Shown here in pieces: positions 47,874 through 57,421 of a stretch of 64,000 bases of DNA. Below the pieces are notes generated by a model. It was not told where the DNA came from. It worked only from the letters and a program-made list of their open reading frames with translations, and did not search any database. The position numbers and the translations under genes were made by a program. Each line of letters begins with the position of its first letter. Position 1 is the stretch's first letter. This DNA comes from an uncultured bacterium (GTDB lineage: Bacteria > Fidelibacterota > UBA2242), in the NCBI GenBank assembly GCA_964576275.1, contig CAZNUN010000004.1:121779-185778 (forward strand), in the 5' to 3' direction.

Positions 47874-50800
47874 ATGGGAATAATAAAGTATTTAACCTCG
47901 ATATTCGGCACCTCCTCAGAGCGGGAGATTAAGAAAATCATGCCGTTAGTGGCTGAGATCAACCGGATCTATGCCACCCTTGCGGATAAACCCATCGAAA
48001 AATTACGGGAACGCACCGCCGAGTTGAAAACCCTGGTTCAAACGGCTCGCGCCCAGGCTTGCACCGAAGGCGAGGAATCCGGACTGCCTGCGGACGAATT
48101 AAAAAAATATATGCTGGAAGCCGAACGTGCGGCTCTCGACGAAATCCTGCCGGAAGCTTTTGCCATGGTCAAAGATGTCTGCCGGCGCTTAGTCGGCCAG
48201 GAATGGATTGTCACCGAACATAAAGTTGTCTGGGATATGATTCCGTACGATGTACAGCTGATCGGCGGAATCGTCCTCCATCAGGGGAAAATTGCCGAGA
48301 TGAAAACCGGCGAAGGCAAAACTCTGGTCGCGACCATGCCGGTCTATTTGAACGCCCTGACCGGGCGCGGCGTGCATGTAGTTACCGTCAATGACTATCT
48401 GGCTCAACGTGACAGCGAATGGATGGGAAAAATCTATACGGAACTAGGTCTGACGGTCGGCTGTATCCTGAATTCGATGAGTCCGGAAGAGCGCAAGGAA
48501 ATCTATTCCTGCGATATTACCTATGGCACCAATAACGAATTCGGTTTCGATTATCTGCGCGATAATATGGCTCTTTCTGCCAGCGAACAGGTGCAAAGGG
48601 AATATTTCTATGCGATCGTCGATGAAGTCGATAACATTCTAATTGACGAAGCCCGCACGCCATTGATCATTTCGGGACCGGTGCAGAGTTCGCGGCACGA
48701 GAAATTCGACGAACTCAATCCGGCGGTTGGTACCGTTGTGCGTTACCAGCGTGAGAAAGTGACGGATATACTGGGGCGTTTCCCGGATTCACCGGATGCC
48801 ATTCCGGAGAAAGAAACGGTTGATTTTGCCCGCCAGATCTACATCGCCTCCCAGGGCATGCCCAAGAACCGACGCCTGCGTAAATTACTGGAGGAGCCGG
48901 GCTATCAGAAACTTTTACAGAGCGGTGAAAAGGAATTTCTACTGCTGACCAATGCCAAGACCGGCACCTCGATCAGCCAGGACGAATTTTTTAAAGACCT
49001 TTATTACTTTATCGATGAAAAAAATCACAGCATTACTCTGACGCCCTCAGGCGAAGAAAAGTTGGCGACTCTGCTGGGAGTCGGCGTCAATGAGTTGGTC
49101 ATTCCAGATCTGGCGGAAGAATTCGTCAAAATCGACGAAAATCCGGACCTCGACGCCCTCGAAAAAGAAAAACGCAAAATGGAACTCGACAGCCGGCACT
49201 CCGAAATCTCCGACCGCTATCATAATATTTCGCAACTGCTGCGGGCTTATACACTCTATGAGAAGGATGTCGAGTATGTGATCCAGGATGGCAAAGTTCT
49301 GATCGTGGACGAGTTTACCGGAAGAATTCTGCCGGGTCGGCGTTACAGCGACGGATTACATCAGGCCATCGAAGCCAAGGAGAAGGTCAAGGTCGAGGCC
49401 GAGACACAGACTTTCGCGACGATCACGCTGCAGAATTATTTCCGGATGTACGATAAATTGGCCGGCATGACCGGCACTGCCGCTACCGAATCGGCCGAGT
49501 TCGCCGATATTTACAAATTAGACGTCGTCGTCATTCCGACCAATAAAACCTGCATTCGTAAAGACCACGAAGATCAGGTCTATAAAACGCGGCGCGAGAA
49601 GTACAATGCCATTATTGCCGAGATCGAGAATGCTTTTCAACGGGGACAACCGGTGCTGGTTGGTACGATCAGCGTCGAAGTGTCCGAAACCATCAGCCGG
49701 ATGCTGAAACGACGCGGTATTCCGCATAATGTATTAAACGCCAAACATCACAAGCGCGAAGCCGAAATTGTTGCCCGGGCGGGCGAACGCAGCGCAGTGA
49801 CGATCGCGACCAATATGGCCGGCCGCGGTACCGACATTAAACTCGGCAAAGATGTTGTCGGACTGGGCGGCCTGTATATCATCGGAACAGAACGACACGA
49901 GTCCCGCCGCATTGACCTGCAGTTGCGCGGCCGCAGCGGCCGGCAGGGTGATCCGGGCGCTTCGCGGTTTTTTCTTTCGCTAGAAGACGACCTCATGCGT
50001 CTGTTTAACAGTGAAAGAATTGCAGCCATCATGGACCGGATTGGTCTCGAAGAAGGTCAGGTCATCACTCATTCAATGGTCACTCATTCGATTGAACGCG
50101 CTCAGAAGCGGGTTGAGGAACGTAATTTCGGCATCCGTAAACATCTGCTGGAATATGACGACGTGATGAATCATCAACGCGAAATAGTCTATGACCGGCG
50201 CAATTATGCCCTTAAAGGTGCTAATACGAAAGGCGAACTGTTTGACGTACTCGACGAATGGGTCGATGGTTTGATCGAAAAGTATGGCAATCAGGCGAAA
50301 AATGCCGAAGATTGGATGTGGCCGGAATTGCGCATGGAATTGACTACTAATCTCGGTATCGATCTGCTTTCCGACGAACTCACCGACTATACGGCCAATG
50401 ACGTCAAGTCCGCCATAATATCACGCGCGAAACAGTATTACGAGCGTAAGGAAAATATCTATGGTGCTGAGCAAATCCGTTTTCTGGAACGGTTTATCAT
50501 GTTACGCACCATCGACGAGAAATGGCGCGATCATCTCTATGCCATGGATCAGCTGAAAGAAGGAATCAACTGGCGGGCGTACGGTCAGAAAGATCCCTTG
50601 CTGGAATATAAAGGCGAGGCTTTTAAAGCCTTTGTCGAAATGGTCAGCGATATGAATCAGCAAACCCTGCGGCTCTGTTTCCGGACGCAGATCGGCGGAC
50701 CGCAACCAGAGACCCGCGCGATTCGCCGGCCGGCATCTATACGAATGACTCACCAGGAATCCGACGGCATGGGATTTTTACCCGGAATGAAACCAGAAGC

Positions 50801-50942
50801 CGCTGAGCGACCGCAATTTATGACTAATAACGGCCAGCCGCCAAAAATCCGTCCGATTCACGTTGAAGCAAAAGTCGGTCGCAACGATCCCTGTCCCTGC
50901 GGCAGCGGTAAAAAATACAAACACTGCCACGGCGCCCGATAG
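47874..50942 (+). CDS. secA: preprotein translocase ATPase SecA
   Basis: MKTGEGKTLVATMP, DEVDNILIDEARTPLIISG and TNMAGRGTDIKLG. C-terminal zinc finger CPCGSGKKYKHCHG. Confidence 0.97.
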   Translation: MGIIKYLTSIFGTSSEREIKKIMPLVAEINRIYATLADKPIEKLRERTAELKTLVQTARAQACTEGEESGLPADELKKYMLEAERAALDEILPEAFAMVKDVCRRLVGQEWIVTEHKVVWDMIPYDVQLIGGIVLHQGKIAEMKTGEGKTLVATMPVYLNALTGRGVHVVTVNDYLAQRDSEWMGKIYTELGLTVGCILNSMSPEERKEIYSCDITYGTNNEFGFDYLRDNMALSASEQVQREYFYAIVDEVDNILIDEARTPLIISGPVQSSRHEKFDELNPAVGTVVRYQREKVTDILGRFPDSPDAIPEKETVDFARQIYIASQGMPKNRRLRKLLEEPGYQKLLQSGEKEFLLLTNAKTGTSISQDEFFKDLYYFIDEKNHSITLTPSGEEKLATLLGVGVNELVIPDLAEEFVKIDENPDLDALEKEKRKMELDSRHSEISDRYHNISQLLRAYTLYEKDVEYVIQDGKVLIVDEFTGRILPGRRYSDGLHQAIEAKEKVKVEAETQTFATITLQNYFRMYDKLAGMTGTAATESAEFADIYKLDVVVIPTNKTCIRKDHEDQVYKTRREKYNAIIAEIENAFQRGQPVLVGTISVEVSETISRMLKRRGIPHNVLNAKHHKREAEIVARAGERSAVTIATNMAGRGTDIKLGKDVVGLGGLYIIGTERHESRRIDLQLRGRSGRQGDPGASRFFLSLEDDLMRLFNSERIAAIMDRIGLEEGQVITHSMVTHSIERAQKRVEERNFGIRKHLLEYDDVMNHQREIVYDRRNYALKGANTKGELFDVLDEWVDGLIEKYGNQAKNAEDWMWPELRMELTTNLGIDLLSDELTDYTANDVKSAIISRAKQYYERKENIYGAEQIRFLERFIMLRTIDEKWRDHLYAMDQLKEGINWRAYGQKDPLLEYKGEAFKAFVEMVSDMNQQTLRLCFRTQIGGPQPETRAIRRPASIRMTHQESDGMGFLPGMKPEAAERPQFMTNNGQPPKIRPIHVEAKVGRNDPCPCGSGKKYKHCHGAR

Positions 50943-50954
50943 CGGAGCGATCCG

Positions 50955-52199
50955 GTGAATTTTCATAAGACTAAGCATAAAATTCTGGCCGAAAACGCCG
51001 GATTGTTAATTGCATATTTTTTCTGGTTGTCTAACGTTGGATTTGCCGATAGCGGCGTGATCCTGAAATGTGATGATGTTTTCTGTTCGCCGGGAGATTC
51101 GGTCGATTATGTCAGCGTCGGTTTAAAGTATGAATACTCCACCTTGGTCGCCGGTTTTCAGTTTGATCTTTCCGCTGATCCGCGCTATTTCACGCCGTTA
51201 AAGTGTACGCCTTTATACCGGGATGGCATATATAATTGGTTGGAATTTTCATCTTTTCCGAACGATTCTACCGTGAGGCTGATTACAGTAGATACCTCTT
51301 TGGCGCAACCATCCTGGCAGGCGAATTTTTACTACTATTACCATGTTAACGTCAATACGCCACCCGGCTTTTATGAGATCGAAGCGCGGAATGCTGTGGT
51401 TACCAATCGGTCGGGTGGCAGTCTGGCCTGTGAGCTGCAATCCGGAACAATAATTGTCGCCAACGGCGACGCCTATATAAAAATTGAAGACGATACCGTC
51501 CGAGTTGGGCAGGAATCTGTCATTATTCCAATTACTTTTGTGGCAAAGGAAGGCGCCCGCACGATCAGCTTTGCAATTGCTGATTCCGCCGGAATTTTCA
51601 GTTTCCGGGGAATGTGGATGGCCCTAACTTCCGACTGGACCCTAACGTCGGATTGGGATTCGGCCGGTACGATCACTTTTTATGCGCATTGCGAGGCGCC
51701 TTTGAGACCGGGTTGTCCAATCGCGCCGAATGAAATCCGTACGATTAGCCTGCTCGTGGATATTAACCGGAATATCGCCCCAGGTAATTATGCACTTGTA
51801 ATCCGGGAACCGTTCGTCGAAGACGCCTTAAGTTCAGGCGCGAGTTCGGTTGACGCGATCGCCGGTTGTCTCACGGTAATTGATTCGACGTCGGGGTTGG
51901 GAACTGATCCGGTTATTCCGCATGAGATGCTTTTATCCCAGAATTATCCGAATCCGTTTAACCTCTGCACTACGATTGGTTTTGCGGTGTCACAGACCGG
52001 TGAGGTGAAACTTGAGATTTTCAATTTGCTCGGCCAGCTTGTAAAAACCCTGATCTGTGGGGAATTTACTCCGGGAAAATATATGGTGGTTTGGGAAGGG
52101 CGATCGGATAACGGTTTGGCGGTCGAATCCGGTATCTATTTTCTGCGTTTGAGCGCTGAAGAGCGCGTCATAACGCGCAAGATGCTTTTGATCAAATAA
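50955..52199 (+). CDS. secreted protein with cohesin-like domains and a T9SS C-terminal sorting domain
   Basis: VAGFQFDLSADP (cohesin-like). C-terminus NYPNPFNLCTTIGFAV...EIFNLLGQLVKTL...GIYFLRLSA matches the type-A T9SS CTD pattern. GTG start 12 nt after the secA stop. Confidence 0.7.
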   Translation: MNFHKTKHKILAENAGLLIAYFFWLSNVGFADSGVILKCDDVFCSPGDSVDYVSVGLKYEYSTLVAGFQFDLSADPRYFTPLKCTPLYRDGIYNWLEFSSFPNDSTVRLITVDTSLAQPSWQANFYYYYHVNVNTPPGFYEIEARNAVVTNRSGGSLACELQSGTIIVANGDAYIKIEDDTVRVGQESVIIPITFVAKEGARTISFAIADSAGIFSFRGMWMALTSDWTLTSDWDSAGTITFYAHCEAPLRPGCPIAPNEIRTISLLVDINRNIAPGNYALVIREPFVEDALSSGASSVDAIAGCLTVIDSTSGLGTDPVIPHEMLLSQNYPNPFNLCTTIGFAVSQTGEVKLEIFNLLGQLVKTLICGEFTPGKYMVVWEGRSDNGLAVESGIYFLRLSAEERVITRKMLLIK

Positions 52200-52283
52200 A
52201 TGTAACGCCCGGTTTTTAACCTTTTTAGGCTGTCATTCGCTTTGAAAATCGCGACGCGGCGGTTAAATTTGTAAGTTTTTTGA

Positions 52284-52364
52284 GCCGCGGTGGCGGAATT
52301 GGCAGACGCGCTGGACTTAGGATCCAGTCCTTATGGGGTGCGAGTTCAAATCTCGCCCGCGGCA
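52284..52364 (+). tRNA. tRNA-Leu (anticodon UAG), type II with long variable arm
   Basis: Hand-folded cloverleaf: acceptor GCCGCGG/CCGCGGC, anticodon stem CTGGA/TCCAG with loop CTTAGGA, variable arm TCCTTATGGGGT, T-arm GCGAG-TTCAAAT-CTCGC, discriminator A. No encoded CCA. Confidence 0.9.
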
Positions 52365-52396
52365 CATGTAATTATTGATGTAAATAAGGAAAAAGA

Positions 52397-53668
52397 ATGA
52401 AAGCAGAAATAATCAATAGCGGAGCGATCGAAAAGACCGTCAAAGTTAATCTCGAATGGGAGGAGATCGCCGGTGATTACCAGAGAATGTTTGACGATTT
52501 ACGCAAGAATCTGAAAATTGACGGTTTCCGCCGTGGTAAAGTTCCCGAGGGCCTGGCCAAGCGCCTCCTGAAGCCGGATGTCTTTATGAAATTCAGCAAT
52601 CAGGTAATTGACAAGACCCATCAGGAAGCCATGCAAATGGCCGGAGTCGGTGAATTTCTGGATATGCACATTGTGGATTTGGATTTTGACGAGAACAAAC
52701 CGTTCAGTTACACGGCCAAGGTGGAGATCGATCCGGAGATTAAACTGCCCGATTATAAAAAAGGTTATAAAGTTACCCATAAGGAATATATTCTTGATCC
52801 GGAGACGGTTGAGCGATACATCGCCGATTTTCTGGAATCCCATGCGGAAGTTCAGGAAGTATTTGACGGCGCTCAGGCGGGTCATTTCATTTTGGGCGAT
52901 TTGCAGGCCTTGGATGAGAATGGCAATCCTCAGATTGGCAAGCGTTTACCGGATCGGCTGATAAAAGTCGGCGAAGGCATTTTCGGCGATCCAAAAACGG
53001 CGGATTTTACCGGAGCAAAGGCCGGAGACCAGGTCAATCTGAATATAAAATCCTCGACTGGCGAATCACTTAAATACGCACTGGACGTCAAACGGGTGGA
53101 GAAACACACACCGCCTGAACTGACGGATGATTTTGTAAAAAGTCAGATGAAGGATGTCGCCACCGCCGCCGAATTCCGTCAAAAAATTAGCGATAATCTG
53201 ACGCAGAAATGGAAGCAACAGACTGTAAACGAATATGATCAGTCAATAATCAGTTATTTCGTTGAAAATACGAAGTTCGATATTCCGCAGTATCGTCTCA
53301 ATTTCTATCTTGACCGGGTGATTTCAGATCTAAAAAATTCTGCCAAAGGCAAGACAATCGATGAGGACAAATTGCGGGAGGAATATCGGCCACTGGCAGA
53401 GCGGAATATCCGCTGGTATTTGATCCAAAAAGCGATCATAATTCAGGAGAATATCGCTGTGAGTGAAGAAGAGTTTCAAGCTGCGATTGATACAGTATTG
53501 GCTAATTATCCGGAAGCCCAGAAGGAACAGGTGGTAAAATACTATCAACAGGCCAAAAACAAGATGGACATTCGGATGGATCTTTTGGATCGCAAAGTTC
53601 TGGAGCACCTGAAAGAATTCGCTAAGATAAAGAAAGAAATACTTCACACTGAATCGCTCCAGCAGTAG
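52397..53668 (+). CDS. tig: trigger factor
   Basis: N-terminal ribosome-binding motif GFRRGKVP. 423 aa. Located upstream of clpP, the conserved tig-clpP arrangement. Confidence 0.9.
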   Translation: MKAEIINSGAIEKTVKVNLEWEEIAGDYQRMFDDLRKNLKIDGFRRGKVPEGLAKRLLKPDVFMKFSNQVIDKTHQEAMQMAGVGEFLDMHIVDLDFDENKPFSYTAKVEIDPEIKLPDYKKGYKVTHKEYILDPETVERYIADFLESHAEVQEVFDGAQAGHFILGDLQALDENGNPQIGKRLPDRLIKVGEGIFGDPKTADFTGAKAGDQVNLNIKSSTGESLKYALDVKRVEKHTPPELTDDFVKSQMKDVATAAEFRQKISDNLTQKWKQQTVNEYDQSIISYFVENTKFDIPQYRLNFYLDRVISDLKNSAKGKTIDEDKLREEYRPLAERNIRWYLIQKAIIIQENIAVSEEEFQAAIDTVLANYPEAQKEQVVKYYQQAKNKMDIRMDLLDRKVLEHLKEFAKIKKEILHTESLQQ

Positions 53669-53677
53669 GAGGGCATA

Positions 53678-54283
53678 ATGGAAAGCAAGAATCAGGCCTT
53701 TATCCCGTTTGTAATCGAGCAGACCGGGCGCGGCGAACGCTCATACGATATATATTCGCGTTTGTTGAAGGAACGCATCATTTTTCTGGGTTCGCCGATT
53801 GACGACCATGTAGCCAACCTGATAATTGCGCAGTTGCTCTTTCTGGCGGCTGAGGATGCCAATAAGGACATCTTCTTATATATAAATAGTCCGGGTGGGT
53901 CGATCACAGCCGGCATGGCAATCTTGGACACGATGAATTACATCCAGCCGAAAATGGCTACGATCTGTTTGGGAATGGCCGCCAGTATGGGAGCCATTCT
54001 GCTGGCCAGCGGAGCAAAAGGCAAGCGATCGGCTTTGCCGAATTCCCGCATTATGATTCACCAGCCGCTGGGCGGTGTCGAAGGTCAAGCCAGTGATATC
54101 GAGATTCATGCCCGTGAAATAATTCGACTGAAAGAAAACACCAATAAACTTCTGGCCGAGCTAACCGGCCAGCCACTTGATAAAATCGTTCGGGACACCG
54201 ACCGCAATCATTTTATGTCGAGTGAAGAAGCCTTGAAATACGGTTTGATTGATGAAATCTTGCCCGCCCGGGTGAAAAAATAG
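53678..54283 (+). CDS. clpP: ATP-dependent Clp protease proteolytic subunit
   Basis: [33 protein letters not shown] (Ser), MIHQPLGG (His), [10 protein letters not shown] (Asp). Confidence 0.95.
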   Translation: MESKNQAFIPFVIEQTGRGERSYDIYSRLLKERIIFLGSPIDDHVANLIIAQLLFLAAEDANKDIFLYINSPGGSITAGMAILDTMNYIQPKMATICLGMAASMGAILLASGAKGKRSALPNSRIMIHQPLGGVEGQASDIEIHAREIIRLKENTNKLLAELTGQPLDKIVRDTDRNHFMSSEEALKYGLIDEILPARVKK

Positions 54284-54302
54284 GCTCTCTCGATAAAAAA
54301 GC

Positions 54303-54339
54303 TTGACATTGCTAAAAAAAAATCTTTACATTAGCAATG
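54303..54339 (+). promoter_or_regulatory. promoter-like TTGACA overlapping a 9-bp perfect inverted repeat (possible operator)
   Basis: TTGACA at 54303-54308. CATTGCTAA (54307-54315) and TTAGCAATG (54331-54339) are separated by the A-rich 15-mer AAAAAAATCTTTACA. Lies about 60 nt upstream of the TBDR-like gene. Confidence 0.4.
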
Positions 54340-54396
54340 CAGTGAGGATTTTTTAGTGTGAGTAAGTCTTAATTTTCTTAAAAAAGGAGGAAGAGT

Positions 54397-57375
54397 ATGG
54401 CACGTCGTGTAGCGATATGTCTCTTAGCAATGTTGCTACCTATTGTTCTCTTTGCAGGAACCTCAGGTAAAATCGCAGGAGCGATTATTGACAAGAAATC
54501 AGGTAGTCCCCTGGCCGGTGTGAATGTAATCGTCACCGGTGGTGGTTACAATCTTGGTGCGGCCACCGATGTAGATGGCTATTATAGCATCATCAATGTT
54601 CCCGTAGGCACTTATACAGTAAGGGCCAGTTACATTGGCTATAAAGAGACAGTATATAGCAATGTTGTCGTGTCACTCGATTTAACGACCGAGTTGAATT
54701 TCGAGTTGGATCAAACGACATTAGCATTTGAAGAGGTTATGGTAACCGCAGAAAAACCGATGATTCGGAAAGATGCCACCAACACCAACATCATTAAATC
54801 GGCAGAGGAAATTGAGAATATGCCTATGCGGGGTATGCAGGAACTTGCCGCAAGTACTGCTGGTGTTGTTAAGGCCGAAAACAGTACTACCATGAATATT
54901 CGTGGAGGTCGAGGAGCCGAGACGGCTATGTACATTGATGGCGTTTTGGTAAATGATCCCTACAATAATGCGGTTTACACTTATTTACCGAATGAGGCCA
55001 TCGAGGAAATGAGTGTGCAGACCGGTGGTTTCAATGCTGAATACGGCGATGCTATGTCAGGAATTGTAGCGATTACAACAAATGCGGGAACCGAAAAATA
55101 CACAGGTTCGGTGCAAGCGATAACCGATGGCTTTCTGAAAGCCGATAAAAAAATATTAGGAGCCTATGGTTACGGTTATAATGAATATATCGCTTCGCTT
55201 GGCGGTCCGCTTATTCCCAAGACCAATCACACATTTTTTGTAAGCATGACGCGTAAATATTGTTCTGATGCATGGCCTTCATATGGATGGGCTGAGAACC
55301 CTGACAGATTGAGCAGTATGACGTTTATTGAGACAAATGAATGGTATGACGATACCGGTGGCGTTTTTATTGATACAACTACACATAATTATAAGTTTAA
55401 CGCCAGGATTCCGGGAAATTCGACTTCGGATTGGTCATGGAATGGGAAATTGAAATTTCAGTTGGGTAAAAACATAACCTTAAAAGCAAGTTATGTTTCA
55501 ACTAACCGTGTGCTAAATGCTGTGACTCCGATTGATATCTTTAATGTTGACCACATGGGAGAAGAAAGCCGGTATTCGCATTCATTTAACACTACCCTGA
55601 CACAGACAATCGGTAAGGGTACATATTACGATTTAAAATTTAATTGGTTTGATACACAGAGAAAGATCTACGATGCAACGTTTGGTGATGATCTGGAAAA
55701 ATATGGTGATCCGTGGTTGAATCCCTGGCCAGATGACAGTGCTTACGTTGGAGTAGCTTACACCAAACGTATTGGACCCGATTACTTCGAACCAGGCAGT
55801 CAATATGATGATTATTTCAAGAACAGGACCACTTATTGGGGAATTGATTTTGATATAGTTCATCAGATGGGTAAGAATCATACATTTAAATCAGGTTTTG
55901 AATATAAATATCACACTCTGAGAGAATATCGGGTTCTGTCGCCGGTTTATATGGCCAAGACGAACTTATCTGATGTTGAGAAATATCAGTCCGCGGATGT
56001 ACGTTTCTACGGATATGATATTGATGGGAATGAAATAGATGAGGGTGATTACTTGGAAGATGCCGTGTATGATGCTTCTGGTAACCTGATTGATGGCTAT
56101 CAGAACCAAGCGCCCTATCATCCGATTATTATGAGCGGTTATATTCAGGATAAAATTGAATTTAAAGATATGATATTGAATCTTGGATTAAGATATGACC
56201 GCATTGATCCGAATGCTTGGCAATTCAAGCAACTAGATGCTGAATGGGCAGCTGATGGCAGTTATATTCCCGGAACAGGTATGTTTGGTGGCAATGAGCA
56301 ATTCGATAAAGATGATGTCGAAAAATCGGATGTGCATGCTTATATGAGCCCGCGTTTAGGAGTGAGTTTCCCAGTTACCGACCAAACAGTTTTTCATGCT
56401 CAATATGGGCAGTTTTATCAGGCTCCGAGTTTGTCAGATTTGTATCTGAGTCCGTTTTATCTGGATGCATTTGTGAGCAGAGGCGGATATTTTACTACTC
56501 TGGATAATCCCAATCTGGAGCCGCCCAAGACCACTTCTTATGAAATTGGTTTTAAACAGATGCTGGGTAATATTGCCAGTATACAATTAACCGCTTTTTA
56601 TAAAGAGACTGAAGATTTGATACAGGTTCTGAATGTGACTACTGATGTTACTAACATTGCATTCAGTCGCAACGGCGATTTTGGAACTATCAAAGGATTG
56701 GATGTTATCTTTAATCTGAGACGTTTTAAGAATCTATCGGCCTCTTTCAATTATGAATTACAGTATGCCAATGGTACCGGTTCGGCGACAACCTCGAACT
56801 TCAATATTGCCTGGCAGGGTGGCGCGCGGGGTAATTTCCCGGAATTTGCGATGCCGCTGGATTATGAGCAGAGACATACCGGTAGCCTAAATCTTGATTA
56901 TCGTTTCGGGAAAACTGACGGACCCACTTTTCTGCATAATACCGGAGCAAACCTGATGCTCAATTTTAATTCAGGTCAGCCTTATACACTAATGCAGACT
57001 TTTCCGACCATGCCATTTACAGGCCGGTATGACAATACCAATGTATCTGAAACCCCAATATCGGCAGTGAATTCACAGACAACCCCTTGGGTATTTAAGG
57101 TGGATTTAAAGCTGGATAAAAAATTCTACATTGGTAACTTTCAGTTGACAGCCTATGCCTGGGTATTGAATCTGCTTAATACCGAAAACGTCTCGGATAT
57201 CTGGATAACAACCGGCTTACCGGATGATACTGGATATTTGGGGACAGCGGCTGGTCGAACATATTGGAACAATTTAACCGACGAACAGAAGAGTCTGTAT
57301 AAGATGCGTGAGATGGATTATAATAATTACGGCTCGCCTCGTCAGATTCGCCTGGGACTGATGCTTGAATTATAA
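54397..57375 (+). CDS. TonB-dependent-receptor-like outer-membrane barrel with N-terminal carboxypeptidase-regulatory-like domain
   Basis: Signal peptide. GKIAGAIIDKKSGSPLAGVNVIV...DGYYSIINVPVGTYTVRASYIGY (CarboxypepD_reg). Plug (NIRGGRGAETAMYIDGVLVNDP). Long beta-barrel rich in alternating aromatic residues. Confidence 0.85.
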   Translation: MARRVAICLLAMLLPIVLFAGTSGKIAGAIIDKKSGSPLAGVNVIVTGGGYNLGAATDVDGYYSIINVPVGTYTVRASYIGYKETVYSNVVVSLDLTTELNFELDQTTLAFEEVMVTAEKPMIRKDATNTNIIKSAEEIENMPMRGMQELAASTAGVVKAENSTTMNIRGGRGAETAMYIDGVLVNDPYNNAVYTYLPNEAIEEMSVQTGGFNAEYGDAMSGIVAITTNAGTEKYTGSVQAITDGFLKADKKILGAYGYGYNEYIASLGGPLIPKTNHTFFVSMTRKYCSDAWPSYGWAENPDRLSSMTFIETNEWYDDTGGVFIDTTTHNYKFNARIPGNSTSDWSWNGKLKFQLGKNITLKASYVSTNRVLNAVTPIDIFNVDHMGEESRYSHSFNTTLTQTIGKGTYYDLKFNWFDTQRKIYDATFGDDLEKYGDPWLNPWPDDSAYVGVAYTKRIGPDYFEPGSQYDDYFKNRTTYWGIDFDIVHQMGKNHTFKSGFEYKYHTLREYRVLSPVYMAKTNLSDVEKYQSADVRFYGYDIDGNEIDEGDYLEDAVYDASGNLIDGYQNQAPYHPIIMSGYIQDKIEFKDMILNLGLRYDRIDPNAWQFKQLDAEWAADGSYIPGTGMFGGNEQFDKDDVEKSDVHAYMSPRLGVSFPVTDQTVFHAQYGQFYQAPSLSDLYLSPFYLDAFVSRGGYFTTLDNPNLEPPKTTSYEIGFKQMLGNIASIQLTAFYKETEDLIQVLNVTTDVTNIAFSRNGDFGTIKGLDVIFNLRRFKNLSASFNYELQYANGTGSATTSNFNIAWQGGARGNFPEFAMPLDYEQRHTGSLNLDYRFGKTDGPTFLHNTGANLMLNFNSGQPYTLMQTFPTMPFTGRYDNTNVSETPISAVNSQTTPWVFKVDLKLDKKFYIGNFQLTAYAWVLNLLNTENVSDIWITTGLPDDTGYLGTAAGRTYWNNLTDEQKSLYKMREMDYNNYGSPRQIRLGLMLEL

Positions 57376-57421
57376 AGAGTGTAAAATGAAAGTAAATACT
57401 GACTCGAACGGAGGAACATAT

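Noticed and set aside
52200-52396. tRNA-Leu as an integration hotspot or island boundary
   Set aside because: No integrase, direct repeat of the tRNA 3' end or phage/ICE genes flank it. The neighbours are housekeeping genes (secA, tig, clpP).
54284-54396. Absence of clpX after clpP as a sign of rearrangement
   Set aside because: tig-clpP without an adjacent clpX occurs in many lineages. There are no gene remnants or repeats at the junction, only a promoter-like region for the next locus.
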